DNA of 33,692 nucleotides from Methanobacteriota archaeon (GCA_043799545.1 JAZDNO010000018.1:1-33692); one strand, 5' to 3'. Counted from the stretch's first letter, positions 1-8,273 are shown. Notes: generated from the sequence alone by a model not told the origin. Numbers and translations: made by a program.

Positions 1-543
1 GGTAGAAGCAATCTCACTCAAACGAAAGCACCATCTCCAAGTCAATATGTCAAAAATATCATCAAAGGATTTGAACTAGCTGAAAATTTAGGAATTATTA
101 TAAATCATCAAGATCTATCATTAGATTTGAAAAAATCCTATTGTGGTGCAAATGGGACTAATCTAATATTAACCTCAGATGGCTATATAAGTTCCTGTTC
201 AGAAATAACCGAATCTTCACATCCAGATTCATCGACATTTATCTATGGAAAAATAGAAGGTCAAAAATTAAAAATAAATGAAAACAAATTACACATACTA
301 AAAAAACGAACGGTGGATAATGTTATTGGATGTAACCATTGCTTCGCTAGATATATTTGTGCTGGAAAATGCTTCATTCGATCTTTAAATAATACACAAT
401 CAATTTTCATTGCTGACAAAAGTACTTGTACTATTCAACAGGAATTGTTAAAATATCTGTTGGCTCGTTTATTACGAGGAAATATAAATATGGAATCGTA
501 TGATTTTCTAACGAAAGTAGTAAAATTTAAGACAAACGCCTAA
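1..543 (+). CDS. Radical SAM/SPASM-domain protein, C-terminal part (5' truncated by window edge)
   Basis: Frame is open from base 1 (GRSNLTQTKAPSPSQYVKNIIKGFELAENLG...), so the track's TTG start at 127 is internal. SPASM motifs are CGANGTNLILTSDGYISSC and CNHCFARYICAGKC...C (CxxCx5Cx3C). It is colinear with the C-terminus of the 5063-6418 enzyme. Confidence 0.85.
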   Translation, partial: GRSNLTQTKAPSPSQYVKNIIKGFELAENLGIIINHQDLSLDLKKSYCGANGTNLILTSDGYISSCSEITESSHPDSSTFIYGKIEGQKLKINENKLHILKKRTVDNVIGCNHCFARYICAGKCFIRSLNNTQSIFIADKSTCTIQQELLKYLLARLLRGNINMESYDFLTKVVKFKTNA

Positions 544-1546
544 TAATATACTGGATTTGTTTCTTCTCATTTTTATCACAACTTTCACGTAACTTAACCT
601 TTAGCATGTCCACAATATCCTTAAGATTATCTAATGAAGGCAGTTTAACAACCAATTCTTCGTCATCAATAAGCCTATTGATATATTCCTCAATAATCTC
701 AACCTCTGGCTTTTTATTTGACAGACTAACTTCCTTCCTTAGAAATACGTGAGCAAAATTGTTAATGAATCCGCACTTACTACGACGCGATAAGTTTTCA
801 ATTGCTGAAAAAAGTCTATGTAATGCGAGTACTTGAAATTTTGGTTCTGTATTTTTCATCAATCCTTCCCATGTACCACCGTATGTAGGTTCAAAATCTG
901 CTATTTCGCCTTCAGATGTTATGTTATTAATCTCCATAGATCCATGATATAATTTAGCATCAAACATACACCTTACACTCCTCCCTAACACGTTCCCAAG
1001 ATATCGGCAATATTCAGCCTCATCTATTTGACGTAATTCCAAATATTGTTTTAATATAGTCTTATCAAAATGAAAATTAGAAAGTCTTAACGGAGAAATA
1101 AACGATCTGACAATTACAGCTAAAGGCATACCATTTAAGGATCCATAATTATAACATGCAATTGGTCGTTGGCAGAAAGCTCCAGATTTTATGGCGACCT
1201 TAGAAAAGTAATGCTCATCTAATGCGCGCTGTTTCTCAACACCACCCCACGCAAACTTTCCAAGAGATTTAATCTGACCACCATTATAACCTATACCCTT
1301 ATATTCAATTCCAGGATAATAAAAAGCATCACTTTTCCACAAATTAAATAGCCATACGGCTCTCTGCGAATGACTTTGATAAACCTGGATCTTACCAGGT
1401 TTTGATGATAATGCATCAAATTGAGGAATACCCTTGTCTTTTAGCAATGATGTATTATCGATTCTAGAAAAGAGGAATTTATTTTTATAAATTATTCTAC
1501 TTAGTTGCCATAACTTATAAACATATTTTTTACCAGTCGTCACCAT
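527..1546 (-). CDS. SelO/YdiU-like pseudokinase-fold protein (putative AMPylase/adenylating enzyme), 339 aa
   Basis: Ordered motifs match the SelO pattern as recalled: YKGIG (LKGAG), LDE (IRE), VIVRSFISPLRLSNF (MLMRVAPSHLRFGHF), HGSMEINNITSEGEIADFEP ([20 protein letters not shown]). GAGGT SD upstream of the ATG; 17-nt convergent overlap with the radical SAM gene. Confidence 0.65.
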   Translation of the reverse strand: MVTTGKKYVYKLWQLSRIIYKNKFLFSRIDNTSLLKDKGIPQFDALSSKPGKIQVYQSHSQRAVWLFNLWKSDAFYYPGIEYKGIGYNGGQIKSLGKFAWGGVEKQRALDEHYFSKVAIKSGAFCQRPIACYNYGSLNGMPLAVIVRSFISPLRLSNFHFDKTILKQYLELRQIDEAEYCRYLGNVLGRSVRCMFDAKLYHGSMEINNITSEGEIADFEPTYGGTWEGLMKNTEPKFQVLALHRLFSAIENLSRRSKCGFINNFAHVFLRKEVSLSNKKPEVEIIEEYINRLIDDEELVVKLPSLDNLKDIVDMLKVKLRESCDKNEKKQIQYIIRRLS

Positions 1547-1555
1547 TATTAACCT

Positions 1556-2497
1556 CTAATACTTATTATCTAACTCTTTTTGTTTCTTAAATTTCCTTAA
1601 TATTATAATTTCTGTCTCTACCTTAAATCCACAACTTGAATATAACCTTACAGCACTTGGAACCTCTAAATCTACATCCAGTTCTACTCGCTTTACTCCT
1701 TTTTGTTTAAACCAATTTAGACTATTTAAAAGTAATGCTTTACCCAAACCTTTATTCCTATCCATCTGTAAAACAGTTAACCAACTTATAATTCCCATCG
1801 ATGAAATTTCTGGATGTATAACATTGATGATAACGCCCACAATATTATTATTTCTTTTAGTTACGAATACACCGTTATAATCAAAAAACTTTTCAGTGTA
1901 GAGTCCTATAAAACCATTTATAATATTAGTAGTATCATCCACAACATCTTGAAACCCTAACTCTAATGTGTTAATAATCGATTCTTTATCATTTGGGAAG
2001 ATTGCACTTTCCAAACTATAATTTTTACTTATAAAAACATCCTTAGGTTCAAATGTATCTGTTGTAAAAATCATATGGTATCCAGATTTCCAATATGTAA
2101 AATTATTTTCATGTAACACATTATTTAGATTGTCGAATTTTGAAGGGATAGAAATTCTATACTCATTAATATCTCGATAACACTCATTCATAAGTATGGT
2201 GTCAAGTAATTTTTTCTCTATACCAATATATCTAAAATCTGGCTTCAATAAAATTGATAATTCTACAACATTCGCTTGATTAGTTTTAATCATATAGATA
2301 CTGCCAATAATTTTATTCCTCGAAATTGCTAATAAATGTGATTTTTCGTTAAAATCTGGATTTAAAAAATATTGTTTACAGATGTCAACGGTTAATTCGA
2401 CATGTCCGGGATAATCTGCATGGGCTTCATTTGCAAACTTGACATAGTCCTCAATATCTGATTCCCTTGAAAATGTCCTTATCATTACATCAATCAT
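1556..2497 (-). CDS. Tandem GNAT-family N-acetyltransferase (MshD-like two-domain architecture), 313 aa
   Basis: C-terminal acetyl-CoA motif A (LQMDRNKGLGKALL) and motif B (AVRLYSSCGF); degenerate N-terminal repeat (DFRYIGIEKKLL...NNFTYW). Stop lies 9 nt before the SelO-like start. Confidence 0.85.
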   Translation of the reverse strand: MIDVMIRTFSRESDIEDYVKFANEAHADYPGHVELTVDICKQYFLNPDFNEKSHLLAISRNKIIGSIYMIKTNQANVVELSILLKPDFRYIGIEKKLLDTILMNECYRDINEYRISIPSKFDNLNNVLHENNFTYWKSGYHMIFTTDTFEPKDVFISKNYSLESAIFPNDKESIINTLELGFQDVVDDTTNIINGFIGLYTEKFFDYNGVFVTKRNNNIVGVIINVIHPEISSMGIISWLTVLQMDRNKGLGKALLLNSLNWFKQKGVKRVELDVDLEVPSAVRLYSSCGFKVETEIIILRKFKKQKELDNKY

Positions 2498-2539
2498 TGA
2501 AATCCCTACCAGCTTACAGTATAATCGTTGATACGCTAT

Positions 2540-2668
2540 TTAATACTTGGCATATATGTTATTATCTAACATCCTAGTATTAGCCCTACCCGAAAAGTAG
2601 AATATCTGGTTTGGTATATCACATTGTCCGCATACATTCCTTGGCGGATTATCAAATGTTGAACCCAT
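2540..2668 (-). CDS. Small ORF, 42 aa, MGSTFDNPPRNVCGQCDIPNQIFYFSGRANTRMLDNNIYAKY; candidate RiPP precursor or leader peptide
   Basis: ATG at 2668, TAA at 2542-2540; fills most of the 214-nt gap between the divergent GNAT and ABC genes, same strand as and 42 nt upstream of GNAT; CxxC and FYF motifs. No SD visible; below the ORF-track cutoff; could be chance. Confidence 0.3.
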   Translation of the reverse strand: MGSTFDNPPRNVCGQCDIPNQIFYFSGRANTRMLDNNIYAKY

Positions 2669-2711
2669 ATGTTGGAGGCTATAATAAACAAAAGATCAAG
2701 TTAGGTGAAAA

Positions 2712-4481
2712 ATGTTCAATAATGGAGATAATTATAAAATAAATAAATCTACAGTACCGAATTCGCAGTCAAAGAGGATTTTAGGGTATGCAAGACCTCA
2801 TATTCGTCTCCTTTTCTTAATTTTTATTCTATCTATTCTTATGATAATATCTAGTTTGATTAACCCATACCTTTTAAAAATTTTAATAGATGATGTTTTT
2901 ATCGCGCGTGAATATTCCCTTCTGATGTATATTTTAGCAGCATTTATCTGTGTACTTATTTTAGGGACATGTTTGTATATTATATATAATTATTATATTA
3001 CGTTATTTGCAGAAAAAATTATTAAAGATATACGACAGGAATTATTTGATCATGTCGAGTCTTTAGGTTTGGACTTTTATTCTCATAATAAAACAGGTGA
3101 CATAATTTCGCGGATACTTGGCGATACGCAAGGTGTTCAAGAATATATTCTACTTACTTTTAATGGTATAATATTAAACATAATAACCCTTATAGCGATA
3201 TTTATTATTGCTTTTACTATTTCATGGCAACTTACATTAATATCTCTATTCATTATGCCTTTTTATTTTTGGTCAGATACCTATTTCGGTGCGAGAATGA
3301 AGAAACAGAAGAGGGATATTAACATAGAAATAGCAGGTTTTATTAGCTTCTTAGAAGAGCACACAAATTTTATAAAACTTATTAAGAGATTTAATATGGA
3401 AAAATATGAAAGTAACATGTTTAATACAAAGGCTGATGGTTTATTACGACAAAATGTAGGGATTGCATTAACACGGGGATATAATTCCAGTTTTATCGCA
3501 ATAGCTTCATTTTTACCACTCCTTCTAATAATGCTTATAGGGAGTTACGAAATTTTTATCGGAATACTTACCATAGGAGGATTCATAGCTGTGTACACAT
3601 ACATTAGTAAAATGTTTGATCCAATTGGAGGTTTGTATATTGCTCGAGTAAATCGACAGGCTTCATTAGCTTCTGTTCAACGAGTATTTGAATTTCTTGA
3701 TCAGAAACCAAAAATATGTGAAATAAAAGAACCGATTAGTGTAGAACAATTAAAGGGAGAAATAGAATTTAAAAATGTTAAATTTAGTTATGGAAAGAAA
3801 GTCGTGTTTGATAACATTTCTTTTAAAGTAAAGATGGGCGAGAAAATTTATATTTTAGGACCAAGCGGAATTGGAAAAACATCAATTGTTGATTTGATAT
3901 TTCGATTATACGATGTAGACGAAGGACAGATATTCATTGATGGGATTGATGTAAGGCATTATAAAATAGAAACCCTCCGTCAAAGACTAGGCGTTATTGG
4001 TCAAGAAATAATGTTATTTAACAATACTATTTCCTATAATATAAAATTTGGCAAAATTTCCGCTTCGGATGATGAAATAAAAAAAGCTGCTGATAGATCA
4101 TGTGCATCATATTTCATTAATGAACTGTCAAGTGGGTATGAAACAAATGTAGGACCAAATGGCGCAAATTTATCGGGCGGGCAGAAACAATTAATATCTA
4201 TTGCACGAACTGTACTAAAGAATCCCGACATTTACATATTTGACGAAATTGCCACAGGTCTAGATCCTGTTTCGCAGAAACATATATACGAGTCTATTGA
4301 TAAAGTAACACAAAACAAAACAACTATTTGGATAACACACAAGTCCATATCCGCCCATGGGAGTGCTAGAATCTTATTCATCCATGATGGAAAATTAGTT
4401 GAAGATGGATCATATAAAGAATTGATGGAACGTAAAGGTTTCTTTTATAATTTTTTTGTGAATGATAATATCAAAGAATGA
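2712..4481 (+). CDS. ABC exporter, fused TMD+NBD (MsbA/peptide-exporter type), no N-terminal C39 peptidase, 589 aa
   Basis: Hydrophobic N-terminal half; Walker A GPSGIGKTS, signature LSGGQKQ, Walker B IYIFDE, H-loop ITHK; AGGTGA SD before the ATG. Confidence 0.95.
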   Translation: MFNNGDNYKINKSTVPNSQSKRILGYARPHIRLLFLIFILSILMIISSLINPYLLKILIDDVFIAREYSLLMYILAAFICVLILGTCLYIIYNYYITLFAEKIIKDIRQELFDHVESLGLDFYSHNKTGDIISRILGDTQGVQEYILLTFNGIILNIITLIAIFIIAFTISWQLTLISLFIMPFYFWSDTYFGARMKKQKRDINIEIAGFISFLEEHTNFIKLIKRFNMEKYESNMFNTKADGLLRQNVGIALTRGYNSSFIAIASFLPLLLIMLIGSYEIFIGILTIGGFIAVYTYISKMFDPIGGLYIARVNRQASLASVQRVFEFLDQKPKICEIKEPISVEQLKGEIEFKNVKFSYGKKVVFDNISFKVKMGEKIYILGPSGIGKTSIVDLIFRLYDVDEGQIFIDGIDVRHYKIETLRQRLGVIGQEIMLFNNTISYNIKFGKISASDDEIKKAADRSCASYFINELSSGYETNVGPNGANLSGGQKQLISIARTVLKNPDIYIFDEIATGLDPVSQKHIYESIDKVTQNKTTIWITHKSISAHGSARILFIHDGKLVEDGSYKELMERKGFFYNFFVNDNIKE

Positions 4482-4501
4482 TATACCGCAGCTTCGCAAT
4501 A

Positions 4502-4509
4502 TTATTATA
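4502..4509 (+). promoter_or_regulatory. Putative archaeal TATA box for a leaderless YkgJ-radical SAM transcript
   Basis: TTATTATA located 25-32 nt upstream of the ATG at 4534, which has no SD. Weak because the context is AT-rich. Confidence 0.35.
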
Positions 4510-4533
4510 TAGCTCGTTACTTTCCCGTTCATA

Positions 4534-5073
4534 ATGAAGGACTATTCAGACTGCGTAGATATAATGTTACACAATGACTTTCTATGTTATTACAAATGTG
4601 GAAAATGCTGCTTTTTCGCTCAATTTGATAAACAATTGAAAGGACCGTTTTATCATAAGCAGGAAAATGTAAATACAATATTAAATTTAATATCGAAAAT
4701 GATAAAAAAACCAGTACAGGAATATGCATTTTACTCAAAAAAAGAAGAGCGGTGGTATCTTAGAGTAAAAGTAATGAAAATGCCGGAAGATACATGGGCG
4801 GCTCCATTTCTATCATTTAGTAATCCTCTTGGTATTGATATAAATAATCCTAGAGCATGTGTTTTCCTAAACTCCAGTAGCATGACATGTGATATTTATA
4901 AATATAGACCATTTATGTGTAAAAAGTACACCTGTAAATATGCGTTAGTTCTTGGAGTATTGATTAATAATAAAATGATATCTAAAAGTAAATTATTAAA
5001 AGAATTTACTGGCCGATCATTAAAAAACCAATATAAGTTGGTTATCGAGGAGGTTAATAGAATTGCCTCCTAA
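4534..5073 (+). CDS. YkgJ-family cysteine-cluster (Fe-S/Zn) protein, 179 aa
   Basis: CYYKCGKCC near the N-terminus and CVFL...CDIYKYRPFMCKKYTC, the CxxCGxCC / CxFL..CxIYxxRPxxC signature. Confidence 0.85.
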   Translation: MKDYSDCVDIMLHNDFLCYYKCGKCCFFAQFDKQLKGPFYHKQENVNTILNLISKMIKKPVQEYAFYSKKEERWYLRVKVMKMPEDTWAAPFLSFSNPLGIDINNPRACVFLNSSSMTCDIYKYRPFMCKKYTCKYALVLGVLINNKMISKSKLLKEFTGRSLKNQYKLVIEEVNRIAS

Positions 5074-6418
5074 AATATTTAAAACTGTTAAGATTTTTTA
5101 TTCGAAGTATAGTAATATTAAAGGGAGAGCTAGACATTTTATCATTCCCATTGATAATAACAGATATATAATTTATGTACCGAGAAAAGGTATTTGTTCA
5201 TTAGTAAACAAATCATTTATAGATTCAATGAATTCAAATGATAAAAGTGTACGTAAGTTATTTACTTATATTGACAGTCAATATCCAGTACCTCGCTTAT
5301 ATAATTGTGGAAAAATTGCACAAACAAAGATGAGAGCATTAATTCTCTATTTAACAAATCAGTGCAATATGCGATGTACCTATTGTTATGTGACTGGACA
5401 GGAAAAACCAATCATTATGGATTTCCAAACAGCAAAAAACGCGGTTGATATTTCAATAAAAGGATCAGTAAAAGAGCTCTCTCTAACTTTTCATGGCGGG
5501 GAACCATCGCTCGTTTTTAATCTAATGAAACAAATATTTAATTATGCGAAAATGACATGCAATACTAAAAAAATAAAATTAAGTGCGATTTGCATATCAA
5601 ATGGAACATATGATGAAAAATTTGTGAAATGGATAAAAATAAATGATATTAAAATTTATGTCACTATTGATGGCCCATCATTCATACATAATCGGCAAAG
5701 ACCTTTCAAGGATGGGACTGCATCTTTAACCAAAGTTATTCGTGGTATTAATCTATTAAAAAAAAATAAAGTAAAAATCTCTTGTGGAACTACTATCACA
5801 AAATATAGTGCCCCATACATGGTGGATATTATTAAATACATTCATAAGTTAGGAATTATGGAATATAATATCGGTCCATTGATACCACTAGGGAGAGGAC
5901 AATGTGATAATATCCCGAATGGATTTACATATATCAAGGGATATAAGAGATGTCTCAAATATGCAAATAATAACGATTTTTTTATCCAAACAATAGGGCA
6001 ATCTTTTGACCTTTTATGCACAAAATGTAGCGCATCAACGCAATCAATCATGGTAATATTACCGGGTGGCGAAGTAACTGCTTGTCATATGATAGTCTCC
6101 CCGTATTCAAAGTTATCAGATAAATTTATTATTGGGAATATTCATGATAATAAACTAATTATTCATCAAAATAAGGTGAAAGCGCTTAAAAGGTCTATAC
6201 ACAACATAACTGGTTGTAAAGAATGCTATGCTAAATGGACATGCGGTGGAAATTGCATGTTATATCCGTTGGTAGAAAATAAATCCTTGAACGAACCAGC
6301 AGGAGAGAACATATGTAATATAGAAAAAGAATTATTAAAATTCAGTTTGTTGTCTCTTATTAATAATGATAGAAGTTTCTGGCAAAAAGATTATGTAATT
6401 AAGGAAATAAAAATTTAA
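5063..6418 (+). CDS. Radical SAM/SPASM peptide-maturase-like protein, 451 aa
   Basis: CxxxCxxC (CNMRCTYC), FHGGEP motif, SPASM cysteines (CSAS...GGEVTAC; CKECYAKWTCGGNC...C); ~90-aa N-terminal extension; TTG start with GAGGAGG SD, overlapping the YkgJ stop by 11 nt. Confidence 0.93.
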   Translation: MPPKIFKTVKIFYSKYSNIKGRARHFIIPIDNNRYIIYVPRKGICSLVNKSFIDSMNSNDKSVRKLFTYIDSQYPVPRLYNCGKIAQTKMRALILYLTNQCNMRCTYCYVTGQEKPIIMDFQTAKNAVDISIKGSVKELSLTFHGGEPSLVFNLMKQIFNYAKMTCNTKKIKLSAICISNGTYDEKFVKWIKINDIKIYVTIDGPSFIHNRQRPFKDGTASLTKVIRGINLLKKNKVKISCGTTITKYSAPYMVDIIKYIHKLGIMEYNIGPLIPLGRGQCDNIPNGFTYIKGYKRCLKYANNNDFFIQTIGQSFDLLCTKCSASTQSIMVILPGGEVTACHMIVSPYSKLSDKFIIGNIHDNKLIIHQNKVKALKRSIHNITGCKECYAKWTCGGNCMLYPLVENKSLNEPAGENICNIEKELLKFSLLSLINNDRSFWQKDYVIKEIKI

Positions 6419-6642
6419 TCCATTTTGAGATTGATAGAAAAGGACACAACGGTGCTCGCATCGTAGGAAATATTTCTTATGATTATTATATCATTGTTGA
6501 TAGTGTGACCTTTACCTGGCATGCTTACTAAAGTGCCTACAATCGTACGCAACACCTCGCGTCCTGCCGAAGAGAGACAATATACCTTTTTCATCCTGCA
6601 CATCCCGTTCTCGCGTCCTAGGAAGTAAGCCCACTATCCCCA

Positions 6643-7881
6643 CTACGTAACCATCTTCCCGCGCTTCCAAACATCCCGCACGACGTTCCCCCCCCACCTG
6701 TATGGTATGGCGTCCACCGTCGGCGCGTCCAGCACCAAAAAATCCGCCTGCTTTCCAGGCTCCAGGCTGCCGACCTTCGAGTCCATGCCGATTGCATGCG
6801 CTGCGTTTACGGTGGACGCGCACAGCGCCTCCGCCGGCGTCATCCGCATCCTGTAGCAGGCGAGCGACTGGACCATCTGCATCGATTCGAGCCAGCAGTT
6901 CGGGTTCAGGTCGGTGGCGAGCGCGACCGCCATCCCCGAATCAATCATTCCCCGCGCGTCTGCGTACCGGTCCTGCATCAGAACGTACGGAGTACCAGGC
7001 AGCATGACGCCGATAGTGCCGCGCTTGGCGATGTATCCAAAATCCTTCGCCGGCGTCACGAGCATGTGGTCCGCCGAAACCGCCCCCATCTCCGCTGCCA
7101 GGCGCCCCCCCCTCAGCGGAAACACCTCGTCCGCGTGGAGCTTGAGGCCGAGCTTCAGCTTCCGGGCGGCCATGAGTATCTCGCGGGACTGCGGCACGTC
7201 GAACACCCCTTTCTCGCAGAAGACATCGCAGTATCGGGCCAGCTTGCGCTTCGCTATCGCGGGTAGCATCTCGTCGACGATGTGCTCCGCGTAATCGTCG
7301 AACTTCTTGAAATCCGGAGAGAGCGCGTGCGCCCCGAGGAACGTGTGTGCGATGTCCAGCCCGGTTTTCTTGCGCACTTCCTCCGCCGCTTCCAGCATCT
7401 TTATCTCGCCCTTGGTGTCAAGGCAGTACCCGGTCTTGGCCTCCAGGGTGGTCGTTCCGAGGGAGAGCATCCTCCGCGCCCGGGCCAGGCCCTCTTCCAC
7501 TAGCTGCGATTTCGATGCCTTCCGTGTCGCACGGACCGTGCTGTAAATCCCTCCGCCGCGCTTCATTATCTCCATGTACGAGAGCCCTTGGAGCTTCATG
7601 GCCAGCTCGTTCTCGCGCGAGCCCGCGAAAATCATGTGGGTGTGCGCGTCCACGAAGCCCGGTACGACGGCCATGCCCTTCGCGTCTAACACGTCTTCCG
7701 CTTTGAATCTCGAACTGGCCGATGACTTCCCAACCCAGAGAACCTTGCCATCTGCGACCGCCATTGCACCATTTCGGATTATTTCGGCGCCCGACATCGC
7801 ACGGCCTTTCCTCAACCCGCCCGCAAGGGTGGCCAGCTGCCCGACGTTCTTCACAAGCAGATCGCATTCGGTGGTTGTCAT
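6643..7881 (-). CDS. hutI: Imidazolonepropionase, 412 aa (start reassigned to MTTTEC at 7881)
   Basis: DAHTH, KTGY, FLGAH, DVFCE, KLHADE, SADH, LPGT and ATDLNP motifs of HutI. The track's extension to 7977 overlaps the upstream gene. Confidence 0.92.
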   Translation of the reverse strand: MTTTECDLLVKNVGQLATLAGGLRKGRAMSGAEIIRNGAMAVADGKVLWVGKSSASSRFKAEDVLDAKGMAVVPGFVDAHTHMIFAGSRENELAMKLQGLSYMEIMKRGGGIYSTVRATRKASKSQLVEEGLARARRMLSLGTTTLEAKTGYCLDTKGEIKMLEAAEEVRKKTGLDIAHTFLGAHALSPDFKKFDDYAEHIVDEMLPAIAKRKLARYCDVFCEKGVFDVPQSREILMAARKLKLGLKLHADEVFPLRGGRLAAEMGAVSADHMLVTPAKDFGYIAKRGTIGVMLPGTPYVLMQDRYADARGMIDSGMAVALATDLNPNCWLESMQMVQSLACYRMRMTPAEALCASTVNAAHAIGMDSKVGSLEPGKQADFLVLDAPTVDAIPYRWGGNVVRDVWKRGKMVT

Positions 7882-7889
7882 TCTTACCC

Positions 7890-8273
7890 TCACGCCTTCT
7901 CGACCGTGCCGGCCTGCGCGTCCACCTTCAACCTGTCTCCGGTCTTGATTGAGGATATGTCTATCCCATCGACGCACGGGATTCCAGCCAGGATTACGCC
8001 GGTCGCGACGATTGTTTCAGTCTCCTTGTTGATTATGGCCGCTGGACCGGCCTTGTTCGTGGCCAGACCGTAAATCACGTACGAACCGACCGTCGAGCCT
8101 TTGCCGTTTGGGAATACCAGAATCTTGCCTTTGACGCTCTTGCCCTCAAGCTCGTGGCCCTTCTCGATTACGATTCCGGTTTTAGCGTCGATACCGCCGT
8201 AGAACCCCAGAGGTTCCCTGGAGACTATGGCCTCCGCCTCGACCTTCCCCGGAAAGATGCAGCGGCCCTTCAT
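7890..8273 (-). CDS. Phosphomevalonate dehydratase small subunit (AcnX swivel domain, DUF126), 127 aa
   Basis: FPNGKGSTVGS motif with the conserved Ser; ATGA overlap with the large subunit; located in an mvk/UbiD operon. Confidence 0.9.
   Translation of the reverse strand: MKGRCIFPGKVEAEAIVSREPLGFYGGIDAKTGIVIEKGHELEGKSVKGKILVFPNGKGSTVGSYVIYGLATNKAGPAAIINKETETIVATGVILAGIPCVDGIDISSIKTGDRLKVDAQAGTVEKA

Larger units (their letters stand above)
1..6640. other. AT-rich accessory island carrying a RiPP-like radical SAM cluster; left end outside the window, right boundary approximately 6420-6640
   Basis: Abrupt compositional shift from very AT-rich sequence (sample line at 61-120 has 15/60 G+C) to GC-rich sequence from hutI onward; AT3-rich codon usage in all island ORFs. 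No integrase, transposase or att repeat is visible in the window. Confidence 0.8.

Noticed and set aside
127-543. Track ORF starting at TTG 127 as a complete 138-aa protein
   Set aside because: The frame is open back to base 1; it is the C-terminal part of a radical SAM/SPASM gene cut by the window edge.
6403-6531. Plus-strand open frame after rSAM2 reading ...IHFEIDRKGHNGARIVGNISYDYYIIVDSVTFTWHAY
   Set aside because: No ATG/GTG/TTG start between the upstream in-frame stop and this stretch, so it is not supportable as a gene.
6415-6603. 62-aa minus-strand ORF (MCRMKKVYCLSS...) as a precursor peptide
   Set aside because: It straddles the compositional boundary, has no convincing SD or precursor-like pattern, and converges on rSAM2. 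It cannot be fully excluded, but is weaker than the 2540-2668 candidate.
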